Source: Moraxella nasovis
GTDB lineage: Bacteria; Pseudomonadota; Gammaproteobacteria; Pseudomonadales; Moraxellaceae
Direction of reading: 5' to 3'
Assembly (NCBI RefSeq): GCF_022701215.1
Contig: NZ_CP089976.1
Span: 1 to 32,000 of the forward strand
Length of the DNA: 32,000 nucleotides
The position numbers and the translations under genes are program-made. The notes under the pieces were generated by a model. That model had not been told where the DNA came from. It made no database searches and saw only the letters and a program-made list of their open reading frames with translations. Shown here piece after piece: positions 1 through 8,109 of this stretch. Numbering within the stretch: the stretch's first letter is position 1; every line of letters starts with the position of its first letter.

Positions 1-903
1 TTGGTATGCTGTTTTGCAATAACAAACACCACCCACGCTGACCTACCCCTAACTGTTGATGATATTTTGGCGGATAAAAATCGTTTTAAATTAGATACCG
101 ACATCAGCTATTATAATCATCATAAGACTTTTGCCAGTACGCAAGGCTTTGAGACGGTAGATTTGGGCAATGGTCGCTCTATCGTTATGCCAGTTTTGGG
201 CGATAGCCACACCAACACAGACAGTCTGATAGCAGGAGTGGGTTTGCGTTATGGGGTGGGTGATAAATTTGAGATGGGTGTCAAAGGCACAGGGCTATAT
301 CGCAATCAACGCTTTCAAAATGGTAGTACGCTTGCCGACACACATAACTCTGATTTGCAAGACATCAGCCTAAGCACGCAGTATCAATTAACAAATAATC
401 ACAAATCTTTGCCAAACAGTCTGTTATTTGGCGAATTGTCGGTGTATGACAAGACAGCAGGCTTTAAGCCCAAACATGGAGCGTCTGCTTTGATTGGTGG
501 TACAGTCTATACCATCAATGACCCCATTGTGCTAAGTTTGACTGGTACTTATCAATATCAAGGTGGGCGTGAATTGACAGGTGGCGGACGTGTGGCGTTG
601 GGTGATACCGCTATGCTAAACGGTTCGGTAGGCTTTGCGGTCAATCCTGATATCACGCTAACTGGGGGCGTGGGTGTACGACACAAATGGGCGGATAAAA
701 CTGATAATAAACTTGAAAACAATAGCACTCAAACCACGCTCAATCTAGGGCTTGCCTATGCCCTAAGTGCCAGAAGCAATCTGACTGCCAACGTTCGCAC
801 ACCCATTTCAGGCAGTGGTGGCAGTACGCTGTCGGTTGGTTTGTCCACCAAATTGGGTCAATTGCCACCACCTTTATCACAAAAATACCGACAAACACAA
901 TGA
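1..903 (+). CDS. outer-membrane beta-barrel-like protein, C-terminal part (5' end outside window); family not identified
   Basis: The ORF is open from the window edge. It has alternating Gly/Thr/Tyr-rich strand-like segments (GVGLRYGVGDKFEMGVKGTGLY, LNLGLAYALSARSNLTANV). Its stop overlaps the next start (ATGA at 900-903). Confidence 0.45.
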   Translation: MVCCFAITNTTHADLPLTVDDILADKNRFKLDTDISYYNHHKTFASTQGFETVDLGNGRSIVMPVLGDSHTNTDSLIAGVGLRYGVGDKFEMGVKGTGLYRNQRFQNGSTLADTHNSDLQDISLSTQYQLTNNHKSLPNSLLFGELSVYDKTAGFKPKHGASALIGGTVYTINDPIVLSLTGTYQYQGGRELTGGGRVALGDTAMLNGSVGFAVNPDITLTGGVGVRHKWADKTDNKLENNSTQTTLNLGLAYALSARSNLTANVRTPISGSGGSTLSVGLSTKLGQLPPPLSQKYRQTQ

Positions 904-1532
904 AAACTACCTTAACACTTGGCTTGTTTTTATTGATGATGTCTGCCAATGCAGATTGGTATTATCCCACCCAAACTCTCGGCACTAAATCTACCTTTAA
1001 ACATCAAAGAGACCATAAAATCACCAAGCAAGACGTGGATTATTCTTGCGGAGCATCATCTTTATCAACCATTTTGACTTACTTTTATCAAACGCCCAAA
1101 ACAGAACGGCAGATTTTGGACGATATGGCATTGGACAATGTGATGGCTTCATTTTTGGATTTGGCAAAGGTTAGTCAAAAGTATGGTTTTGCTACTCGTG
1201 GGGTGATGATGGATTATGACACACTGACTAAGCTTAAAATCCCTGCTGTGGTGTATGTTAATCATAAGCGTAGCGATCATTTTAGTGTGGTGCGAGCCAT
1301 TGATAAAAATAACGTGTATTTGGCAGATTCTAGTTGGGGCAATCGCACCTTGACAAGAAGGCAATTTGAAAAAATATGGCTCACTGCCCAAGACCACACA
1401 AAAGGTAAGGTATTGCTGATTTTGCCCAATCATGACACGCAAAGGCGATTAAGTGATCACACATTCACTGCCATTACTGACACCCAAACGCTACTTAGAA
1501 CAAGCCCCTCGTTATTTCGCACGTTTTTGTGA
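900..1532 (+). CDS. secreted stand-alone C39-like cysteine peptidase
   Basis: Signal-like N-terminus MKTTLTLGLFLLMMSANA. C39-type Cys context DYSCGASSLSTIL, with a later His context RSDHFSVVRAID and YLADSS. No fused ABC-transporter domains. Translationally coupled to the upstream barrel ORF. Confidence 0.65.
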   Translation: MKTTLTLGLFLLMMSANADWYYPTQTLGTKSTFKHQRDHKITKQDVDYSCGASSLSTILTYFYQTPKTERQILDDMALDNVMASFLDLAKVSQKYGFATRGVMMDYDTLTKLKIPAVVYVNHKRSDHFSVVRAIDKNNVYLADSSWGNRTLTRRQFEKIWLTAQDHTKGKVLLILPNHDTQRRLSDHTFTAITDTQTLLRTSPSLFRTFL

Positions 1533-1707
1533 TGAGTGTAAGTTGGAACTTATGGCAGATGATGCACTGTAATATGTTACAAAATTAATCTAACTTATTA
1601 TAAAATAAGCAAAAAATTCATTTAAAACTAATTGAATTTTCATTGCTTAACAGTGGGGGATAAGGCACTTTATCTGCATGCTTAATTGGTTATTTAATTT
1701 GTTATTT

Positions 1708-1765
1708 ATAAAAGGGGTTAAACTTAAGCTGGCTTGATAAAAGGGGTTAAACTTAAGCTGGCTTG
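1708..1765. repeat. 29-bp perfect tandem duplication
   Basis: ataaaaggggttaaacttaagctggcttg occurs back-to-back at 1708-1736 and 1737-1765. The second copy plus the following cccctt forms an aagggg...cccctt hairpin. Confidence 0.9.
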
Positions 1766-1911
1766 CCCCTTATAAAATCATAACTAATAGTGATTTATTA
1801 ACAACTTCTTTGTTGAGAGTTTGAACTAAAGCAGAAAGTAACAGGTGCTTTTGTCACCAAGATCATCAAATGGTTTGGGGCGTAGAGACAAATTTTCAAT
1901 GTGCATTTTGC

Positions 1912-1950
1912 AAAAAAGTTGGGATTTGAACTAGATTAAGTTCAAATCCC
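1912..1950 (-). terminator. rho-independent-terminator-like hairpin (read on - strand)
   Basis: Perfect 11-bp stem gggatttgaac / gttcaaatccc (1921-1931 / 1940-1950) with an 8-nt loop. On the - strand it is followed by aac plus T6 (plus-strand A6 at 1912-1917). Confidence 0.4.
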
Positions 1951-2018
1951 ACACCATTCCCTAAGCACTTTAAGCTGATGAGAGGCGGTCCATAGTTAAA
2001 TCTAAACTTCCGTCTTTT
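1933..2018. repeat. copy 1 of a ~85-bp dispersed intergenic module
   Basis: Aligns by eye at roughly two-thirds identity with 3776-3860 (shared strings aaatcc..accatt..c...gctttaagc...aaactt.cgtcttt). Confidence 0.6.
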
Positions 2019-2501
2019 CCTAGGAATTTTGAAAGAAATATAAATGCCATTGAGAGAATGAAAGAATATTTTTTTGGATTTTTCAGGAATTGAAAACGCT
2101 AATAATAAAATACATATTGATGATTATGTAGATAAAAATATATTTGAACAATCCTTTTTATTCTTATATTTTTCAAAATATATTGGATAAATGAATTTCC
2201 TAGCACTCCTTGTGTTATTTGTATGAGCTTTCAAGAAGATGAAGTGGGTGCTTTTTCAACATTTTCCTTTCATAAATGTAGAGATAATGAGTATGTTGAT
2301 GACATAGATAACTTAGAAGATTATTCTCAGCCGATTTATTTAGAAATGATTAAGCCCAATTCAAGCAAAAGCAATCAAAAGCTTTTTAAGTAGAGCTAAA
2401 AAAAAATTGTTTGGCAAATAACATAAAAATACTGCACAAAGATGCAACAGAGAGGTATTAATCTTAAATTCCTAAATCAAAGAAAATTACCATAGGAGTC
2501 A

Positions 2502-2961
2502 TTGATGGAAAAATTATCAAAATTGAAAATAAATAAATCTTTAAATTTAAGTGCGATTAACTTTAATAGATTTAGTAGTAGCAAAGGTTGGATTGGCTAT
2601 TTTAAAGTCACTGACTTATCGGATGAAAATGCTATAAAAAATTCATCTAAAATAATGAGAGAATATTTTAATATTGATGATTTTTTTTATGATAAGTGCT
2701 TTATCTTATGAAAATTCTGCCGATATTTTGGAATTTGATAATTTTGAAATGTATGGAGATGTGTACAAAAAAGCAATTGAATACAGCTTTTTACAAAAAT
2801 ATGATGGGCTATTTATTGATTGCATAGAAAAGGAAATACCACTTCCATTAGAATTATTAAGACTTGATTTTGATAGCGATGTAATTTTGGATTTTTGTGA
2901 AGTTTTGATGAATTATTATTTTACCCCCTGTTATTGGTCAAGTGTGTTTTTTAATCAATAA
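2502..2961 (+). pseudogene. very AT-rich immunity-like ORF, frame broken at a T8 run
   Basis: ORFs 2502-2711 (frame 3) and 2674-2961 (frame 1) overlap at T8 (2681-2688). Removing one T joins ...NIDDFF to ISALSYENSADILEF. More frame-broken coding-like sequence follows to about 3110 (..LNIALYPHDDIGYGCISLDN). Confidence 0.3.
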
Positions 2962-3211
2962 AAAACTTAACATTGCTTTATATCCACATGATGATATTGG
3001 CTATGGCTGTATTTCATTGGATAATTAAACTCATAGCAAAGAAGTTTTATATGATTTTTTAAAATTTTGTGATAATAATGCGAATTTTAGATCTGTTTTT
3101 TGATGGGTGTAACATGGAGTAATGACATAGTCTAAATAAGCAAGCTACCTTAAAATACCCAAATAGCAATTTTGGTAAAATGTGGATGGCGCAAATTAAG
3201 GAATGTAACAA

Positions 3212-3406
3212 ATGTCATCTGTTATCATTAGTATATTGAAGCAAAATAGAATGATTGGATATCAAAAGGATAGACCAATATATCAAGCTATTGATAGTCA
3301 AGTTGGTTCAAAAACTGGGGCTGTCTTAGATGTTTTTGGTGCAAAAGAAGCTATAGACAATCAGATTTTAGACCAAATTAACAATGGTGCGCAAGTGATA
3401 GCATGA
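3212..3406 (+). CDS. small hypothetical ORF (possible remnant of a toxin tip)
   Basis: 64-aa ORF whose stop overlaps the next start (ATGA). No recognisable motif. Confidence 0.2.
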   Translation: MSSVIISILKQNRMIGYQKDRPIYQAIDSQVGSKTGAVLDVFGAKEAIDNQILDQINNGAQVIA

Positions 3407-3585
3407 ATAATTTAAAAAATGAAAAAATATTGACGCTGTCGATGATTGTTATTAATTTTATTTTATCAATAACCGCATCTATTGATATGAAAGAACCATA
3501 CTTTTTTAATTTCAAAAAAAATAATTATTTGTTTTATTGGTTTGGTTGTATTTTCATATCCTATAAAAGATTTTATTTTTGGTAA
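3403..3585 (+). CDS. small hydrophobic protein (immunity-like)
   Basis: Hydrophobic stretches ILTLSMIVINFILSITASI and YLFYWFGCIFISY. Further hydrophobic coding-like sequence lies out of frame up to about 3700. Confidence 0.25.
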   Translation: MNNLKNEKILTLSMIVINFILSITASIDMKEPYFFNFKKNNYLFYWFGCIFISYKRFYFW

Positions 3586-3775
3586 ACAATTTTTATCATA
3601 TACAACCATTAAAAAGAATGATTCTAAGTTCACTAGGACTTCTGGGTTGGTGTGGTGTTGTATTATGTATATATCTATTTTATATGCATGTTTTAAAATT
3701 GTAATTTATTAGGCTATAGACTAGCAAAAAACTGATGGGTCAGAAACAAGATATAAAAGCAAAAGGGGCTGTATT

Positions 3776-3860
3776 AGATTAGCCTTAAATCCTGTACCAT
3801 TTTCCAGGTGCTTTAAGCCAATTACAGCTAAGCCTAGTCAAAACGAAACTTTCGTCTTTA
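3776..3860. repeat. copy 2 of the ~85-bp dispersed intergenic module
   Basis: Homologous to 1933-2018. An imperfect hairpin aaggggct..agcctt (about 3764-3786) spans its left end, with a T-rich tract after it on the - strand. Confidence 0.6.
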
Positions 3861-4050
3861 AAATGTTATAGTCATTGACAAACATTCTAACATCATATTT
3901 CTTATCAAAAAAGGAAAATAGCTATGGCAATTAATTTAAGCTGTTACACCACAAGAGATATTAATGAAGTTTTGGAAATTAATAAAAAAATCTCTAAAAT
4001 GGTAAAGCAACAAAATCATTAGAACATTTGATAAAAATGGTGAATAAGAA

Positions 4051-4407
4051 ATGAATATACTGACATTATATATCTCAAAAAATAATCAAGATTGCTTTGA
4101 GGAATTTTTAATGATTTTTTGTGAGAAAATAAATAATATTTTTTATTACAATGATTTTTATATCGATGTTAATGAATACATCTTGAATGAATTGGATTAT
4201 GATGAAATTATAAATATTAAAAACCATATTAATGATTTTATCGCTTATTCAATTGTTTGGAATAATCTACATTCACTATATGATTTATTAAAAAAAATAA
4301 ACTTAGATATAAGTTTTTTGATTGATAATGATAACGAAGGAGTCATTAAAAATGATGATTTTATTTCAATGAGTCTTGATGATTTTGCCAAATGGGTTAG
4401 ATTTTAG
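4051..4407 (+). CDS. orphan immunity-like protein (acidic, very AT-rich)
   Basis: 118-aa ORF rich in Asn/Ile/Asp that ends 20 bp before the start of a cdiA-CT fragment. Position and composition are typical of cdiI-type genes. No family motif recognised. Confidence 0.35.
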   Translation: MNILTLYISKNNQDCFEEFLMIFCEKINNIFYYNDFYIDVNEYILNELDYDEIINIKNHINDFIAYSIVWNNLHSLYDLLKKINLDISFLIDNDNEGVIKNDDFISMSLDDFAKWVRF

Positions 4408-4429
4408 AGATGATTTAGACGGCACTTGA

Positions 4430-5859
4430 ACAAAGAAAAGCCAAAAAATAGAAAACAACCTACGCCTATTTGATGGTATCACATCTGCCCTATATGCACC
4501 GAACGGCAATGGCATCACAGGCGACATCACAAGAGCATTAAACCCAGAACTTTCCTATCAAATCGGACAACACTTTAAACAAAATAACACCGAAGGTACT
4601 GCCCCACACATTTTATCCCATGCCCTACTAGGAGCTACCACAAGCTATGCGACAGGTAATAATGTAGCACTAGGAGCATTCAATGGAGCAACCAGTGAAA
4701 AAGTCGCCCCTGCCTTATCCAAAATCTTATATGACAAAAACCAACCTAGTAAGCTCACCCAAGAACAAAAAGACACCATCACAAGCATCATAAGACTAGG
4801 TACAGTTGCTACTGCTTACACCACCACAGGCGATGTGGCAGAAGCAGTAAATGCAAGTGAAGTGGGGAAAGTGAGATTGGGAAAGTGAGATTGGGAAAGT
4901 GAGATTGGGAAAGTGAGATTGGGAAAGTGAGATTGGGAAAGTGAGATTGGGAAAGTGGGGGTGGAGAATAATGGGGGTGCAAACCCTGTGCAAAAAGGTA
5001 GAGCCTTAAATGCTCGTGCGTGCAGGAATGGGGATGTTAATGCTTGCAAAGTAAGAACCCTTGGTGACATCATTAAGGAAAATAAAAAAATATATACTGA
5101 TTGGTACAAGCTTATTGCCAGTTATAGGAGACATACAGGGATTTGCCGAAGCTGAGACGGCTAGGGATTATATTTTTGCGACCATTGGAGTTATACCTGG
5201 GGCAGGAGATGTTGTACAAAAAGGTAGAGCTGCCAAGATAGCATACGATACAGCCAAAACTAGAAATGACGTAAATGGCATGAAAAAAGCCATGCAAGAG
5301 GGCGTTGATGCTTTACGAGAAGCTGATGCTCAAAAACTACCCAACACACCCACTGTTAGCCAGCCTATGACTGGTGGGCAAGCTCAAAGACAAGTGCAAA
5401 ATGGACAAGCAGTGCCTATTGGATATACTAGAGATAGACAAGGAAGACTACGTGATGGTCGAGGAAGATATGTTAGTGATATTAATAATCCAAGAGTAGG
5501 TACAAATCTTTCTCGTCCTGACTTAAGGGTTGGTTTAAAAAGTCAAGTGATGGCAAATTACGAAATACTGCCAAATGGGGCTTATCGTCATAGAGTCACT
5601 CGACAAATAGTTCAACCCCCCCCCCATTGATTACGGTCATGCCTATGGTCGTGAACATAGGCGTTTGGTTTTAGCAGCACAACAAACCAATCTAACTCAA
5701 GCCCAATTTAATGATTTTGTTAATTCTCGTCCTGATTATTTTAGGCTTGAGAACAGAGCAGACAATCAAAGTCATCGCTATGAAAAACCTGGGAATGGTG
5801 AGTTAGAAGAAATAATTAAACACATTAATGAATTTAAGCAACAAAGAGGTATTAAATAA
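4430..5859 (+). pseudogene. cdiA: orphan cdiA-CT fragment: pre-toxin region, VENN, PT-TG-like segment, GH-E family HNH/EndoVII nuclease tip; interrupted
   Basis: Frame 2 is open from 4430 with no start codon and reads ..NNLRLFDGITSALYAPNGNGITGD..HILSHALLGATTSYATGNN..TQEQKDTITSIIRLGTVATAYTTTGDVAEAVNASEVGK. VGVENN follows in the same frame (VENN 4961-4972). Next come LLPVIGDIQGF..GVIPGAGD (frame 3) and IDYGHAYGREH..NSRPDYFRLENRADNQSH (frame 1, GH-E signature). Breaks are a TGA at 4886-4888 inside the tandem repeat and +1 shifts at A7 (5084-5090) and C10 (5616-5625). Confidence 0.8.
4865..4957. repeat. 14-bp tandem repeat, 6 full units plus a 9-bp partial
   Basis: The unit gggaaagtgagatt repeats at 4865, 4879, 4893, 4907, 4921 and 4935. 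A partial gggaaagtg lies at 4949-4957, 3 bp upstream of the VENN codons. Confidence 0.95.
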
Positions 5860-6386
5860 TGGCTTATGATATGAGTGGTGTAGAGATTTTAGAGGCTTTA
5901 CATGAAGGTGATTTTAAAAAATTAGAGTATCTTTTAAAAAAATACCCCCATAGAACTTTATTAGACATATCTAAAGAAATGAAAAGGAATTGGCTCCACA
6001 AAGTCGCCGATTCAATGAATGCCAATGAACCACCACTTATTACAATTAATTATCTCATTGATTTAGGTATCGACATCAACGCCCAAGACATCTACGGTAT
6101 GACCCCCTTGCACTACGCCATGCGTAGTCGTAATGCCGAAGTTGCTATTACTCTACTTGAAGCAGGAGCAGACCCAAATATTCCTAATATTAACGATTTA
6201 AGACCTTTATCAATGGTTGGTTACACCAAGGATAGATTGGATGTTTTAGAGCTGATGTTAAAAAAGGGTGGTAATGTTTTTAATATCATAAATGGTAATG
6301 AAACAATTTTGGAGAGTTGGTTGCCCAGTGATTACGCCGAACAATGGGAAAAAGATATTTATGAAATAATGAAACAATACTCTTGA
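5859..6386 (+). CDS. ankyrin-repeat protein, likely immunity partner of the GH-E nuclease tip
   Basis: Ankyrin consensus DINAQDIYGMTPLHYAMRSRNAEVAITLLEAGADPNIPN plus a second repeat. Its start overlaps the toxin stop (TAATG). Confidence 0.7.
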   Translation: MAYDMSGVEILEALHEGDFKKLEYLLKKYPHRTLLDISKEMKRNWLHKVADSMNANEPPLITINYLIDLGIDINAQDIYGMTPLHYAMRSRNAEVAITLLEAGADPNIPNINDLRPLSMVGYTKDRLDVLELMLKKGGNVFNIINGNETILESWLPSDYAEQWEKDIYEIMKQYS

Positions 6387-6862
6387 TAAATAGTTCTGGA
6401 TATGGAGCGATTAAAACCATTGACGATAGAGCGAATTACTTTGGGGCGATGTACGGATATACAGGACAACCTTGGTTTAGAGAGGCTGAAAAAGTTTCAA
6501 GGAATGGTTTAAGTGGGTATAAGTATTCCTTTGGGAATGGGATATCAGATGCAGTGGGTCCACCATTAAATAAATGGAGAGATGAGGCAGGTGCGGTAAT
6601 TATGAAAAATGCAAAATCAGAGTTTCAATATATTTATCAAAATTACCGCAATGAAACCAATAGTTGGAGTTACAGAAGATTGGTTAAGGAGCAAAAAGAC
6701 CCGAAATTGCAGGCAGTGCATGAGAAATGGTATAAGCAATGGAATATAGTCGTTCAAAAAATTGCTGACAAAGAGGCAGGTGGAAAACTATTAAACCCCT
6801 ACCATAGAATTGATAAGGGGTGCAAAGGTATGCCTGAAGTGGCGGAGTGTAAAATAAAATGA
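6383..6862 (+). CDS. unassigned 159-aa protein, candidate orphan toxin tip
   Basis: The frame opens only at 6365, so there is no delivery domain or signal peptide. Trp/Tyr/Lys-rich. The stop overlaps the start of a membrane protein (ATGA at 6859). Confidence 0.35.
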   Translation: MINSSGYGAIKTIDDRANYFGAMYGYTGQPWFREAEKVSRNGLSGYKYSFGNGISDAVGPPLNKWRDEAGAVIMKNAKSEFQYIYQNYRNETNSWSYRRLVKEQKDPKLQAVHEKWYKQWNIVVQKIADKEAGGKLLNPYHRIDKGCKGMPEVAECKIK

Positions 6863-7272
6863 TTCCTTTTGGTTTTACTTGGACTTACATTATTTGGATG
6901 CTATGGATTTTTTTCGGACAAATTATTGTTTGTATTATTTATTTTATATTGTCTTTATATTTGATTTTTAGTAAAAAATTATTTTTAGTAAAAAACTTTA
7001 ATAAAATTATCTATTTTACTGGTCCTTGTTGTTTATTAATCCTAAGCTTACTGTGTATTAATCATTCTGACCTATTAATCTCAATCAGCAATACAGATCT
7101 AAAAGAGATATTATTTCAATTGGGAGTCTGGGGTTCAACTCTACCATTTGTTATTATTTGGATGTGCTACCAATATTATGGGAAAAAATCTCATAAACTT
7201 GAAATGTTTTTTTACATTATTAGCTGTATTTTTATTTTGTTGTCCAGCATTATATTTGTATCTTTGATCTGA
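6859..7272 (+). CDS. multi-pass membrane protein, candidate immunity protein
   Basis: Four hydrophobic segments (WTYIIWMLWIFFGQIIVCIIYFILSLYLIF, IIYFTGPCCLLILSLLCI, GVWGSTLPFVIIWMCY, FFYIISCIFILLSSIIFVSLI). Translationally coupled to 6383-6862. Confidence 0.5.
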   Translation: MIPFGFTWTYIIWMLWIFFGQIIVCIIYFILSLYLIFSKKLFLVKNFNKIIYFTGPCCLLILSLLCINHSDLLISISNTDLKEILFQLGVWGSTLPFVIIWMCYQYYGKKSHKLEMFFYIISCIFILLSSIIFVSLI

Positions 7273-7281
7273 TAAGGTCAA

Positions 7282-7620
7282 TTGTCCATCCAAACAATGC
7301 CTAGAAATACAGGTCAACAAAGCAGTGTTGGAAAGTCTGTTAATGCCGCAGGTGATGAGGGTGGGCATCTAATTGCTAGCGCACTCGGCGGTTCAGGTGA
7401 TAGAATCAACCTAGTACCCCAAGCACAAACACTTAATAGAAGCGACTGGAAGAAGATGGAAAATGAACTCGTAAGAGAGCTAAAAGCAGGTAAAAAAGTG
7501 ACTATCAAGATAGATGTGAGCTATCCAGCGACATCTACAAGACCAAATAGGTTTTACGTTACCGCAACCATCAGTCATAATGGAGAAACAGAAGTGAGAA
7601 GATTCCCTTTTTCACAATAA
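7282..7620 (+). CDS. orphan nuclease toxin tip, Endonuclease_NS_2 (YeeF/EssD-like) type
   Basis: DEGGHLIASALGGSGDRINLVPQAQTLNRSDWKKMENEL matches the GHLIA..GG...NLVPQ...N...W..ME signature as recalled. There is no ATG (TTG only) and no upstream delivery region. Confidence 0.6.
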   Translation: MSIQTMPRNTGQQSSVGKSVNAAGDEGGHLIASALGGSGDRINLVPQAQTLNRSDWKKMENELVRELKAGKKVTIKIDVSYPATSTRPNRFYVTATISHNGETEVRRFPFSQ

Positions 7621-7639
7621 ACTTTTGGAGGAGTTATCT

Positions 7640-8032
7640 ATGGAAAGTACACTAGGTGCAATTTATCAAAAAATAGCTAGTGATTTATTGAATTGCAATG
7701 TTAATCAAAAGTGGGACAAGTTGGTTTTAACATCAGATATTTTAAAACATAATGCCAGCTCTATCACATTTTGCGAATACCACAAAAATATAGCAAGCGA
7801 TGTGGATATTGAATTTGATACAATTTTTTCTATTAATGATTCGCTTGTTGAGTTAAGAGATGTTTTGCTAGATGGACTCGGTCATCGCATATGGGGGCTT
7901 GTTTTTACTCTATATCCCGATGGAAAATTTGAAATAGAATACGATTACAATAAGCCTGAAGATTATGAAGAAACAGATGGCATTATCACGGCTGAAGAAA
8001 TAAGTGACAGTCTGCAAAATCTATTTAAATAG
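7640..8032 (+). CDS. YezG/EssI-like (DUF600-type) immunity protein
   Basis: RBS ggaggag at 7627-7633 and ATG at 7640. Pattern AIYQKIASDL..KWDKLVL..(acidic)..IWGLVFTLYPDGKFEIEYDY resembles DUF600 immunity proteins. It lies directly after the nuclease tip. Confidence 0.55.
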   Translation: MESTLGAIYQKIASDLLNCNVNQKWDKLVLTSDILKHNASSITFCEYHKNIASDVDIEFDTIFSINDSLVELRDVLLDGLGHRIWGLVFTLYPDGKFEIEYDYNKPEDYEETDGIITAEEISDSLQNLFK

Positions 8033-8109
8033 CTATAAAATCAACCAAGTCTAAAGGTAAAATTTATTTTTAAAATACAATTGTATGGGCTTGGTTAACG
8101 ATAGGATAA

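Noticed and set aside
1921-1972. tRNA or tRNA 3' fragment suggested by GTTCAAATCCC (T-loop-like)
   Set aside because: There is no complementary 5' T-stem, no acceptor pairing and no cloverleaf. The string is simply one arm of a perfect 11-bp hairpin.
4865-4957. CRISPR array
   Set aside because: The units are directly adjacent with no spacers, and the unit is only 14 bp. This is a simple tandem repeat.
4796-5109. Two - strand ORFs (4796-4993, 4816-5109) that read through the 14-bp repeat as HFPNLTFPISLSQS repeats
   Set aside because: They exist only because the repeat lacks stops on that strand. They are antisense to clear CdiA pre-toxin and VENN coding sequence and have no RBS or plausible start context.
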